DNA of 32,000 nucleotides, from positions 1,830,001 to 1,862,000 of the forward strand of contig OY760660.1 in assembly GCA_963663995.1 (NCBI GenBank), read 5' to 3'. This stretch comes from Erysipelotrichaceae bacterium. Its GTDB lineage: Bacteria > Bacillota_I > Bacilli_A > Erysipelotrichales > Erysipelotrichaceae. Both the position numbers and the translations under genes were made by a program. The notes under the pieces are model-generated. The model did not search any database. It was given only the letters and a program-made list of their open reading frames with translations, and had not been told where the DNA came from. Positions 17,591 through 24,977 of the stretch are shown piece by piece (position 1 is the stretch's first letter; each line of letters opens with the position of its first letter).

Positions 17591-17628
17591 AAGATTACTT
17601 TAACATAGTGCTGTGTTATAATGGGCGC
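17591..17628. promoter_or_regulatory. 38-bp divergent intergenic region holding two overlapping back-to-back extended -10 promoters, each 6 nt from its ATG
   Basis: Minus strand: TGTTAAAGT (plus 17605-17597), AATCTT, then ATG (17590). Plus strand: TGTTATAAT (17614-17622), GGGCGC, then ATG (17629). Neither side has an SD. Confidence 0.45.
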
Positions 17629-18549
17629 ATGAATTTAAAACGAAGTTTTATACTCATGATGAGTATTATTTTATTAAGCGCTTGTGTTAAAGAAGAGGTC
17701 ATTCCTGTCGATACTCCTCAAGCGATTCAGTTTGATTTTACAAGCCATGAGTTTGTGATTGCAGGGATGCCAAGCTACGTCAAAGAGAAAGATGTATATC
17801 GAGTTAATACGGAAGAGGAAGTTGCTTTATTAGCTTATATTCACTCTATGGATGAAGTATTAGATTTTAATTATATTAGTGAAAATGAGCTTGATATTAA
17901 CCGAATATATGCCTTCTTAGAAACGCTACTAGCCTTTTCATTTAATCTAAGTTCATCGCAATTATCGTATACACAAAATGATGAAGTTGTGATGGTGCTT
18001 AATACTTTGCATGTTGAACCTGTTTTTTCAGAATGGTCATTAGTAGATAACTATGCTGAATCAATCGTTGAAGACGAAGACCTAGAAAATGAAACGACCT
18101 TAGAAAAGCTTGAATGGGCTCATGATTTGGTTGTATTAAATACAGCTTACGATGAATCAGTGCTACAACTTGATTTAACGAAACCAACGACTCATCTGTC
18201 ATTTGATTCACTTGGGGTCTTTTTAGAGAATACCGCAGTTTGTTCAGGTTATGCGCGGGCTTTTAATGCTTTAAGTGCTGCAATGAATATTCCAAGTATT
18301 ATAGTTTCATCAGAGACGATGATGCATGCATGGAATTTAGTCTACGATGGTGATGAATGGGTATTTATTGATACAACTTGGGATGATCCAATTCCTGATC
18401 GCCAAGGGCGAGTTTTATATACCTATTTCTTATTGGATGAAAAAGAATTTTTAAGAGATAAAAAACATGAATTTGATAAAAGTGCTCAAACTCGCTTAAG
18501 TGCTGATGAATACATTGCTTTTGCGAATTATGTCTTCTTCAATGAATAA
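17629..18549 (+). CDS. Lipoprotein with transglutaminase-like cysteine-protease core
   Basis: ORF 17608..18549 trimmed to ATG 17629. MNLKRSFILMMSIILLSACVKEE is a lipoprotein signal with lipobox LLSAC. The Cys-His-Asp core reads AVCSGYARAFNAL...MHAWNLVY...FIDTTWDD. Confidence 0.8.
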   Translation: MNLKRSFILMMSIILLSACVKEEVIPVDTPQAIQFDFTSHEFVIAGMPSYVKEKDVYRVNTEEEVALLAYIHSMDEVLDFNYISENELDINRIYAFLETLLAFSFNLSSSQLSYTQNDEVVMVLNTLHVEPVFSEWSLVDNYAESIVEDEDLENETTLEKLEWAHDLVVLNTAYDESVLQLDLTKPTTHLSFDSLGVFLENTAVCSGYARAFNALSAAMNIPSIIVSSETMMHAWNLVYDGDEWVFIDTTWDDPIPDRQGRVLYTYFLLDEKEFLRDKKHEFDKSAQTRLSADEYIAFANYVFFNE

Positions 18550-18578
18550 TGTAAGTTTATGAAAATAGATGAAAACGC

Positions 18579-18606
18579 TTGCATTTCAATATCAAAGGAC
18601 TAAAAT
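18579..18606 (+). promoter_or_regulatory. Sigma-A-type promoter of the ankyrin/EF-G2 leader
   Basis: TTGCAT (18579-18584), 16 nt, then TAAAAT (18601-18606). Confidence 0.55.
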
Positions 18607-18641
18607 AGAATTAACAAGATTTTAGAAAGAAGGTCCACATT

Positions 18642-18749
18642 ATGTTAGGGGTCAAAAAGACAATCGATCCACTTCATTTAGCGCTCCACGAGGATGCGCT
18701 CTTAACTTGTGGAATTCTGAAATCAAATCGTATTTTAAAGATGGGTTAA
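18642..18749 (+). CDS. Candidate 35-codon leader peptide (MLGVKKTIDPLHLALHEDALLTCGILKSNRILKMG)
   Basis: AGAAAGAAGGT (18624-18634) matches 10 of 11 positions of the complement of this organism's own 16S 3' tail (AGAAAGGAGGT). It sits 7 nt before ATG 18642. The last sense codons form the 5' arm of the downstream terminator and the TAA stop (18747-18749) lies in its loop. There is no homology evidence. Confidence 0.45.
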   Translation: MLGVKKTIDPLHLALHEDALLTCGILKSNRILKMG

Positions 18750-18768
18750 GTGTGTCCATCTTTTTTTT
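18737..18768 (+). terminator. Intrinsic terminator inside the leader, upstream of the ankyrin gene (attenuator)
   Basis: AAAGATGG (18737-18744) pairs with CCATCTTT (18756-18763) around an 11-nt loop. The T-run spans 18761-18768 (8 T). Confidence 0.75.
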
Positions 18769-18801
18769 ACGAATGTTTGAGAAATGAGGAGGAAAACACA
18801 A

Positions 18802-19470
18802 ATGGATCAAACAAATCAACTTTTCTGGGACGCTGCAGCCGCAGGTGACTTCCAGAAAGTCGTCGCAGCTATTAATCAAGGTGCAGACGTTAATATTCGC
18901 AATGGCGAAGCTAGAACAGCTTTAATGCGTAGTTCTAAACGTGGACATGAAAAGGTTGTTCGTTATCTATTAGATAAAGGCGCAGACGTTAATGCCCGTG
19001 ATAATAATGGGAAAACTGCACTGATGGGTGCAAGTAAAAAAGGACATTTATCAATCGTTAAAATGTTCTTAGATCTTGATGCTGATGTGAATGCCCAAGA
19101 TGTTAAAGGTCGTACAGCCTTAATGAGAGCTAGTTTACTAGGACATGATGAAGTTGTCGATTTACTTGTAAGTGCTGGCGCAAAAGTGAATCAAATTGAT
19201 GAAATGGGTCGTACAGCTTTAATGGAAGCATGTAATGCCTTTAGATTTGAAGTAATTAAACATTTAATAAACGCAGACGCAGATGTGAATGTACAAGATG
19301 CTAATGGAGTCACTGCACTAATGAGAGCTGCTTATACAGGCTACGCTCAAATGGTTGAGTATTTACTAGATCATAGTGCTAATAAAGAAGTGTTGGATGC
19401 AGATGGGAATAAAGCCATGCATTATGTAAGACAAGATTGTTTAACGGAACTTAAACCGTTACTGAAGTGA
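18802..19470 (+). CDS. Cytoplasmic ankyrin-repeat protein (six 33-aa repeats plus a C-terminal cap)
   Basis: ORF 18784..19470 trimmed to ATG 18802, which is preceded by GAGGAGGA. 222 aa with no signal peptide. The repeats read G(R/K)TALM.A...GH..VV..LL..GADVNA.D, with TALM replacing the canonical TPLH. The corresponding 99-nt periodicity is visible in the DNA (GCAGACGTTAAT / GCTGATGTGAAT). Confidence 0.9.
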   Translation: MDQTNQLFWDAAAAGDFQKVVAAINQGADVNIRNGEARTALMRSSKRGHEKVVRYLLDKGADVNARDNNGKTALMGASKKGHLSIVKMFLDLDADVNAQDVKGRTALMRASLLGHDEVVDLLVSAGAKVNQIDEMGRTALMEACNAFRFEVIKHLINADADVNVQDANGVTALMRAAYTGYAQMVEYLLDHSANKEVLDADGNKAMHYVRQDCLTELKPLLK

Positions 19471-19480
19471 GGAATGATAG

Positions 19481-21562
19481 ATGAAAGATTATGCAGCCCA
19501 AGATGTTAAAAATGTTGTCTTACTAGGTCACTCAGGAGCTGGTAAAACTAGCTTAGTTGAATCAATGTTGCACTTTACGAATGCCTCTGATCGCTTAGGT
19601 AAAAATGCAGATGGTTCATCCTTATTAGATTTTGATCCTGAAGAAGCCAAACGTGGAACTTCCGTTTTTACAAGTATTGCACCTGTTGAATGGAAAAATC
19701 ATAAAATTAATTTTATTGATACACCAGGCTATTTCGACTATGCTCAAGAAATGCTAGCTGGTTTATCAGTTGCGGATAACGCTTTGATTGTTGTTGATGG
19801 CCGTGATGGTGTGCAAACTGGAACGATTCGCTCTTTTAAAGCAGCTAATGAATTAAAATATCCAATTCTATTTTTTATTAATAAACTTGATGAAGAAAAT
19901 TCATCCTTTGAAAAAGTTTTAGAACAATTAAGAGAACAATTTGGTAAAAGTGTTATTCCCTTTGAAATGCCAATTATGGAAAATGGTGCGATTATTGGAT
20001 CCATCAATATTCTTAAAGATAAAGCTTGGTATTTAAGTGATCCTGAAACACCAAAAGATGTTCCTGAACATTTAAAGTCACATGTTGATGAATATGTGGA
20101 AATGATTAAAGAAGCCGTCGCAATGGAAAGCGAAGACTTAATGGAAAAATACTTTAGTGGTGAAGAATTTAGTGACACAGAACTTCTCCAAGGTGTACGT
20201 ATTGGGGTTAGAAATGGTGATATTCATCCTGTTTACTCAGGTAGCGCTACACATTCGGTAGGAATTCGTAGACTTATGGATTTAATTGGTGAATATTTCC
20301 CATCCTATGGAGAACTTGGAACGATTAAAGCGAAAAATTTAAAAGGTGAAGAAGTCGAACTTCATACAAATGAAGAAGAAATTTTCTCAGCTCAAATTTA
20401 TAAAACGATTGTTGATCCATTTGTTGGTCGTATATCGCTTTTAAAAGTTCTAAGTGGAACACTCAGTTCAGATACCCACGTTTATAATGCTAATAAAGAA
20501 GAAGCAGAAAAAATATCACAAGTCTTCATTATTAAGGGCAAACATCAAATTGCTGTAGGAAAACTCTTTACCGGCGATTTAGGTGCGATTGTTAAACTTC
20601 AACACTCTCATACAAATGACACTTTAGCGACTAAAGAAAATCCTGTCATATATGAAGCTATTGAATTCCCTGAAGGTAATTTAGCCATGAGTATTTGGCC
20701 AGTATCTAAAAATGATGAAGATAAAATGAGTGGAGCTCTTCAAAGAATTGAAGAAGAAGATCCATCATGTAAAGTGATTAAGAATCCGGAAACCAATGAA
20801 GAAGTTGTATATGGTTTAGGAGATCAACACTTAGATGTTATTGTTTCAAGACTTAAAAATAAATACAAAGTAGATGTTGAACTTAAGGAACCTCGTATTC
20901 CTTATCGTGAAACAATTCGCGGTACTGTTACAGTTGAAGGTAAACATAAGAAACAATCGGGTGGAGCAGGACAATTTGGTGATGTCTTTATTACCTTTGA
21001 ACCTTGTGATGATGAAGATATGGTCTTTGAAGAAAAAATCTTTGGTGGAGCAGTTCCTCGTCAATACTTCCCAGCTGTTGAAGCGGGTTTACGTGAAGCC
21101 ATGGTTAAAGGTGTATTAGCAGGTTACAAAGTAGTGGGTGTTAAATGTACACTTGTTGATGGGAAATATCACGATGTTGATTCAAAGGAAATTGCCTTCA
21201 AGATGGCAGCTAAGAAAGCTTATCGAGCAGGAATGCCACAGGCAAAACCTGTTCTACTTGAACCAATTGTAAAAGCAGAAGTCACAGTGCCTGAAGAATT
21301 TACAGGAACAGTTATTGGAGATTTTAATAAACGTCGCGGAATTATCTTAGGTATGGATTTTAATGAAGATGGTGAACAAATTGTTTCAGCAGAAGTACCT
21401 ATGAGTGAAATGATGCGTTATTCAACTGAATTAAGATCGTTCACACAGGGGGTTGGTATATATAAACAAAGCTTTGAAAGATATGACGTGGCACCACCTA
21501 ATATTGCAGATAGAGTTATTAAAGAATCAAATCATAAAGTCGACGAAGACGACGACGATTAA
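19481..21562 (+). CDS. EF-G2-type (EF-G-like) translational GTPase paralog
   Basis: 693 aa. P-loop GHSGAGKTS, switch II DTPGYFDY (Tyr where EF-G has the catalytic His), G4 NKLD. The domain IV tip is intact (KHKKQSGGAGQFGDV, DGKYHDVDS). Acidic tail KVDEDDDD. The SD TGAGGA overlaps the ankyrin stop, with a 10-nt gap. It is not in an rpsL-rpsG-fusA-tuf context. Confidence 0.85.
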   Translation: MKDYAAQDVKNVVLLGHSGAGKTSLVESMLHFTNASDRLGKNADGSSLLDFDPEEAKRGTSVFTSIAPVEWKNHKINFIDTPGYFDYAQEMLAGLSVADNALIVVDGRDGVQTGTIRSFKAANELKYPILFFINKLDEENSSFEKVLEQLREQFGKSVIPFEMPIMENGAIIGSINILKDKAWYLSDPETPKDVPEHLKSHVDEYVEMIKEAVAMESEDLMEKYFSGEEFSDTELLQGVRIGVRNGDIHPVYSGSATHSVGIRRLMDLIGEYFPSYGELGTIKAKNLKGEEVELHTNEEEIFSAQIYKTIVDPFVGRISLLKVLSGTLSSDTHVYNANKEEAEKISQVFIIKGKHQIAVGKLFTGDLGAIVKLQHSHTNDTLATKENPVIYEAIEFPEGNLAMSIWPVSKNDEDKMSGALQRIEEEDPSCKVIKNPETNEEVVYGLGDQHLDVIVSRLKNKYKVDVELKEPRIPYRETIRGTVTVEGKHKKQSGGAGQFGDVFITFEPCDDEDMVFEEKIFGGAVPRQYFPAVEAGLREAMVKGVLAGYKVVGVKCTLVDGKYHDVDSKEIAFKMAAKKAYRAGMPQAKPVLLEPIVKAEVTVPEEFTGTVIGDFNKRRGIILGMDFNEDGEQIVSAEVPMSEMMRYSTELRSFTQGVGIYKQSFERYDVAPPNIADRVIKESNHKVDEDDDD

Positions 21563-21571
21563 ACTTGAGAG

Positions 21572-21601
21572 AGCATGTATATCACATACATGCTTTTTTT
21601 T
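21572..21601 (+). terminator. Strong rho-independent terminator after the EF-G2 gene
   Basis: AGCATGTAT-ATCAC-ATACATGCT (9-bp stem) followed by a run of T. Confidence 0.9.
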
Positions 21602-21633
21602 GTATAATAAGTAGCATAGACAGTGAGAAAGTT

Positions 21634-22107
21634 ATGAATTTAAACAACGAGAAAACGTGTATAGATCTCTTGGAAAAAAGAGGTGTAAAAGTTGAAGATA
21701 TCGCAGACTGTGCGATGCATCTTCAAAAGAAATATCATCCAGAAATTACACTTGAAGAAAGCATTGATATGGTCCATACGGTTATTGCGAAAAGGGAAGT
21801 ACAACATGCTATCTTAACGGGTATTCAATTAGATATTATGGCTGATTCAAATCATGAAATGGTCGGTAATTTAAAAGAAATCCTAAAAAGTGATGAAGGA
21901 TTATATGGAATAGATGAAGTTTTGGCATATGGTATTTGTAATCTCTATGGATCAATCGCATTGACAAATTATGGCTACATTGATAAAGAAAAGCCTTGTA
22001 TTATTGGTGAGTTAAACGATGATAAAAATCAATGTAATTGTTTCTTAGATGATATTGTCGGTGCGATTGCAGCTGCTGTCGCATCAAAAATTGCGCATAA
22101 TAGTTAG
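21634..22107 (+). CDS. Phosphatidylglycerophosphatase A family protein (YutG-like)
   Basis: ORF 21565..22107 trimmed to ATG 21634. The upstream part of the ORF covers the terminator and a TGTATAAT promoter at 21601-21608. 157 aa. The C-terminal FLDDIVGAIAAAVASKIAH is typical of PgpA/YutG. Confidence 0.7.
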   Translation: MNLNNEKTCIDLLEKRGVKVEDIADCAMHLQKKYHPEITLEESIDMVHTVIAKREVQHAILTGIQLDIMADSNHEMVGNLKEILKSDEGLYGIDEVLAYGICNLYGSIALTNYGYIDKEKPCIIGELNDDKNQCNCFLDDIVGAIAAAVASKIAHNS

Positions 22108-22118
22108 GAGCTATAAAA

Positions 22119-22559
22119 ATGAAAAAACTAATCGCAAGTGTTATGGTTATCAGCCTATTATTAACAGGCTGTGCAGAAAAAGGGATAACAGATGTTAAAC
22201 CAAGTGCTATCTTAAATCAATTTGAACAAGAAGAAAGTTTTATTGTATATCTAGGTTTATCTTATTGTTCAGCGTGTAAAATATTTAGATCTGTCATTGA
22301 AACAGCTCTGCAAACAGAAGATTTTGATGTTCTTTATTTAGAATATGATAAATTGATGGAAAATGAATCAGATGCAGCAGACTTAGAAAAACTAATTCCA
22401 GATTTTCTTGAACAAAATGAAGCATTTAGTTATACTTTCCCGATTTTATATGTTGTTGATAAAGGGGTCATCATTGATCAATTTTCACTTCAACAAACAG
22501 ATACAGAAACTGAATTTATAGACCGTTTAAAAGCGGATGGAGTACTCGTGAGTGAGTAG
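22119..22559 (+). CDS. Thioredoxin-fold lipoprotein (CSAC motif)
   Basis: 146 aa. MKKLIASVMVISLLLTGCAEKG is a lipoprotein signal with lipobox LLTGC. FIVYLGLSYCSACKIF places a CxxC after beta-1. SD AGGAG overlaps the upstream stop. Confidence 0.7.
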   Translation: MKKLIASVMVISLLLTGCAEKGITDVKPSAILNQFEQEESFIVYLGLSYCSACKIFRSVIETALQTEDFDVLYLEYDKLMENESDAADLEKLIPDFLEQNEAFSYTFPILYVVDKGVIIDQFSLQQTDTETEFIDRLKADGVLVSE

Positions 22560-23343
22560 TGAAAAAGAAGTTTCGATTATCACTAGAAATAAATTAAAAG
22601 AACAATTTTTGGCGTGTGGACTTCACAAAGGCGATATCGTCGAAGTACACGCCTCTTTAAAATCTATTGGCTATATTGTTGGTGGCCCACAGGTTGTTTT
22701 GGATGCTTTAGTGGATACAATAGGAATTGAAGGAACGATAGTTATGGCTGCACAAGCCTATGACAATTCAGAACCAGCTTTCTTTGAACATCCTCCGATT
22801 CCTGTTGAAGATTATAAAGCTTTTAGAGAATCACGACCTGTCAATCGCAATAAACTAGAGAATATTAATCATATGGGTGAACTTGCGAAGGCTTTGATGG
22901 CTCGTCCGAATAGTTATATATCTGAACATCCACGTGATGCGTTTATATCAATGGGTAAATATGCTAAGTGGATTACTCAAAACCATCCTTTAAATGCAGA
23001 ATTAGGACCAGACTCTCCGCTTGGGAAAATGTTAGAACTAAAATCTAAGATATGTTTAATCGGTGTCGATTATGACAATGCAACAGGTATGCATTTAGGT
23101 GAACATCTCAGTGCGAAGCGTGAACACATTTTACAAGGTGCACGTATTCTAGTTCATGGTGAAAGCAAGTGGGTAAAGTTTAATGCGACTGATTATAACT
23201 CTGATGACTTTATTGAGCCAGGAAAAAGACTTGAGAAAAACGGTTTAGTAAGATTTGGACAAATTGGCCAAGCTAAGGTAAAGTTATTTACATTAGAAGC
23301 GGCAACACAAGTGTGTAAAGCTTACTTTGAGGAGGTCTTATGA
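22552..23343 (+). CDS. AAC(3)-family aminoglycoside N-acetyltransferase-like protein (YokD-like)
   Basis: 263 aa. GTG start overlapping the upstream gene by 8 nt. GDIVEVHASLKSIGYIVGGPQVVLDALVDTIGIEGTIVMAAQ is typical of the family. Confidence 0.75.
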   Translation: MSSEKEVSIITRNKLKEQFLACGLHKGDIVEVHASLKSIGYIVGGPQVVLDALVDTIGIEGTIVMAAQAYDNSEPAFFEHPPIPVEDYKAFRESRPVNRNKLENINHMGELAKALMARPNSYISEHPRDAFISMGKYAKWITQNHPLNAELGPDSPLGKMLELKSKICLIGVDYDNATGMHLGEHLSAKREHILQGARILVHGESKWVKFNATDYNSDDFIEPGKRLEKNGLVRFGQIGQAKVKLFTLEAATQVCKAYFEEVL

Positions 23344-23795
23344 AGGGTGTATTAAGAGTTATTAAAAGTTATGTAGAAGTTGAAGTTAAAGATGGTGCCA
23401 TCGTTGGATGTGAATTTTGCGATGCTAACGAAATTGATTTAAAAGATGAACCACTATTAATTGAGCTACAAAAGCAATTTGATGAATATACGCATTTTAC
23501 GCGTCATGCATTTGATATTCCACTCTTTGTTGAAGGGACTGAGTTTCAACTAAAAGTCTGGGATGCTTTATGTAAAATTCCATTTGGTGAACTTAGAACC
23601 TATAAACAAATCGCTGAGCAAATTGGTGAACCTAAAGCATTTAGAGCGGTTGGTGGAGCTTGTAATAAAAATCCAATTGGAATCATTATTCCATGCCACC
23701 GTGTGGTGGGATCAAATGGAAAACTTACAGGTTATGCTGGTGGTTTAGATTTGAAACAGTTTTTACTCAATCATGAAAATACCATTAACAAGTAG
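23340..23795 (+). CDS. ogt: Methylated-DNA--protein-cysteine methyltransferase
   Basis: 151 aa. Active site IIIPCHRVVGSNGKLTGYAGG, and FQLKVWDALCKIPFGELRTY. ATGA overlap with the upstream gene. Confidence 0.9.
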   Translation: MKGVLRVIKSYVEVEVKDGAIVGCEFCDANEIDLKDEPLLIELQKQFDEYTHFTRHAFDIPLFVEGTEFQLKVWDALCKIPFGELRTYKQIAEQIGEPKAFRAVGGACNKNPIGIIIPCHRVVGSNGKLTGYAGGLDLKQFLLNHENTINK

Positions 23796-23812
23796 AAATA
23801 CTTGTTTTTTTT
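23787..23812 (+). terminator. Rho-independent terminator after ogt
   Basis: AACAAGTA-GAAA-TACTTGTT followed by a T-run. The ogt stop codon lies within the stem. Confidence 0.8.
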
Positions 23813-23880
23813 ATGATGTATAAGAGAAGTAATAAACTATGAATAGTAATATAATTTTAAATATGAAGTGAGGTTTTATC

Positions 23881-24399
23881 ATGAAGGGGAAAGTGATTTT
23901 AAATATTGCGATGAGTATTGATGGTTATATCGCAAGAAAAGATGATAGTTATGATTGGATACAAGGTCATGGAGATCGCAAAGTTGATACTAAACTCAAA
24001 TTTGATTATCCAAAATGGTTAGATTCTATTGATATTGTCGTGATGGGAAAACGTTGTTTTGATTTGAATATGCATCAAGAACATAAGAATAAACAGATTC
24101 TTGTCGCATCCCATACGAGTCAAAAGGATTACGATAATATTTCTTTTACAACTGATATAGAAACAAGAATCGCTAACGAGAAAAAGAAGGGAAAATCACT
24201 TTATCTTTTTGGTGGTGGAAAACTCATCCAATCGCTCATAGAGAAAGATCTCATAGATGAGTATATTGTTGGTATTATTCCTGAGATTTTAGGGGAAGGT
24301 ATTCCATTATTTTATCCACATAAAAATGCCATCTCCTTAAAGTTAGTTGAAAACTATATTGAAAATGGTATGGTGATTTTGAAATATATAAAGGCATAG
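23881..24399 (+). CDS. Dihydrofolate reductase-like protein (RibD C-terminal domain family)
   Basis: 172 aa. Contains KVILNIAMSIDGYIARKDDSYDWI and LYLFGGGKLIQSL. SD GTGAGG lies upstream. Confidence 0.75.
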   Translation: MKGKVILNIAMSIDGYIARKDDSYDWIQGHGDRKVDTKLKFDYPKWLDSIDIVVMGKRCFDLNMHQEHKNKQILVASHTSQKDYDNISFTTDIETRIANEKKKGKSLYLFGGGKLIQSLIEKDLIDEYIVGIIPEILGEGIPLFYPHKNAISLKLVENYIENGMVILKYIKA

Positions 24400-24432
24400 A
24401 TTAAACAGCGAATAGTGTCGATATTATTAATT

Positions 24433-24464
24433 AAAAAATGGGAATGACAAGTTCCCGTTTTTTT
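24433..24464. terminator. Probable bidirectional terminator between convergent genes
   Basis: GGGAA (24440-24444) pairs with TTCCC (24452-24456) around a 7-nt loop, flanked by AAAAAA upstream and TTTTTTT downstream. The stem is short. Confidence 0.5.
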
Positions 24465-24465
24465 A

Positions 24466-24942
24466 TTAAGCAGTAAATTCAGTTTTTAATATAAGCAGTT
24501 TAACGATTTCTTCAAAGAAGATTTGGATTTCATGATCGAAACGATTGAATTCAGGAGAATCTAAATCAAGTACAGCAATCAAGTTATCATTATTAATAAT
24601 AGGAATAACAAGTTCTGAATTAGATGCACTATCACAGGCTATATGCCCTGGAAATTCATGAACATCTTTAATATTTAAAACTCTTCTATCAAGAGCTGAT
24701 GTTCCGCAAACACCTTTTCCCATTTTGATTCGTGTGCAAGCACTTAAACCTTGAAAGGGACCTAAGACTAAATCGCCATCCTTATATATATAGAAACCAG
24801 CCCAATTCAAACCCTCAATGTTGTTATAGATTAAGGCGGCTAAGTTTGCGCAATTTGCAATTAAGTCAGACTCGTCTTCAAGCAGTGCTTGTGCTTGTTT
24901 AAGTAAGAGGTCGGTATCGTTAGTATGTGTGTGATCAAACAT
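24466..24942 (-). CDS. GAF-domain protein, free methionine-(R)-sulfoxide reductase-like
   Basis: 158 aa. LNWAGFYIYKDGDLVLGPFQGLSACTRIKMGKGVCGTSA matches the fRMsr/YebR-type GAF signature. Confidence 0.75.
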   Translation of the reverse strand: MFDHTHTNDTDLLLKQAQALLEDESDLIANCANLAALIYNNIEGLNWAGFYIYKDGDLVLGPFQGLSACTRIKMGKGVCGTSALDRRVLNIKDVHEFPGHIACDSASNSELVIPIINNDNLIAVLDLDSPEFNRFDHEIQIFFEEIVKLLILKTEFTA

Positions 24943-24977
24943 AAAACTATCCTAGCATATTTGTGATAAAATAAATA

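Noticed and set aside
18550-18801. Considered a T-box, a ribosomal-protein leader or a known riboswitch for the ankyrin/EF-G2 leader.
   Set aside because: I see no T-box consensus (AAUUAGGGUGGUACCGCG-like), no specifier-loop architecture and no other aptamer signature I recognise. The strong SD plus uORF fits peptide-dependent attenuation better. A cmscan is still needed.
18652-18879. A 75-aa minus-strand ORF spanning the leader region and the start of the ankyrin gene.
   Set aside because: It runs antisense through the terminator, the SD and the ankyrin 5' end. It has no SD and no recognisable domain. The plus-strand promoter, uORF and terminator explain the region better.
18802-19470. The locally higher G+C of the ankyrin gene (roughly 40-47% in two hand-counted 60-nt lines, against about 32% in one line of a neighbouring gene) as a sign of horizontal acquisition.
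   Set aside because: The excess is explained by the Ala/Gly/Asp/Arg-rich ankyrin consensus. There are no flanking repeats, integrase or tRNA, and the codon third positions still look AT-biased. This is insufficient evidence for HGT.
19744-20178. A 144-aa ORF antisense to the EF-G2 gene, and similar antisense or overlapping ORFs: 3406..3627, 3664..3879, 4486..4731, 5185..5367, 6616..6825, 8731..8940, 10998..11237, 11612..11860, 12218..12412, 13328..13543, 17999..18211, 20846..21064, 20874..21119, 23563..23748.
   Set aside because: Each is fully embedded in a well-supported conserved gene on the same or opposite strand. Their translations are Ser/Leu/Ile-rich mirror frames, and they lack start signals.
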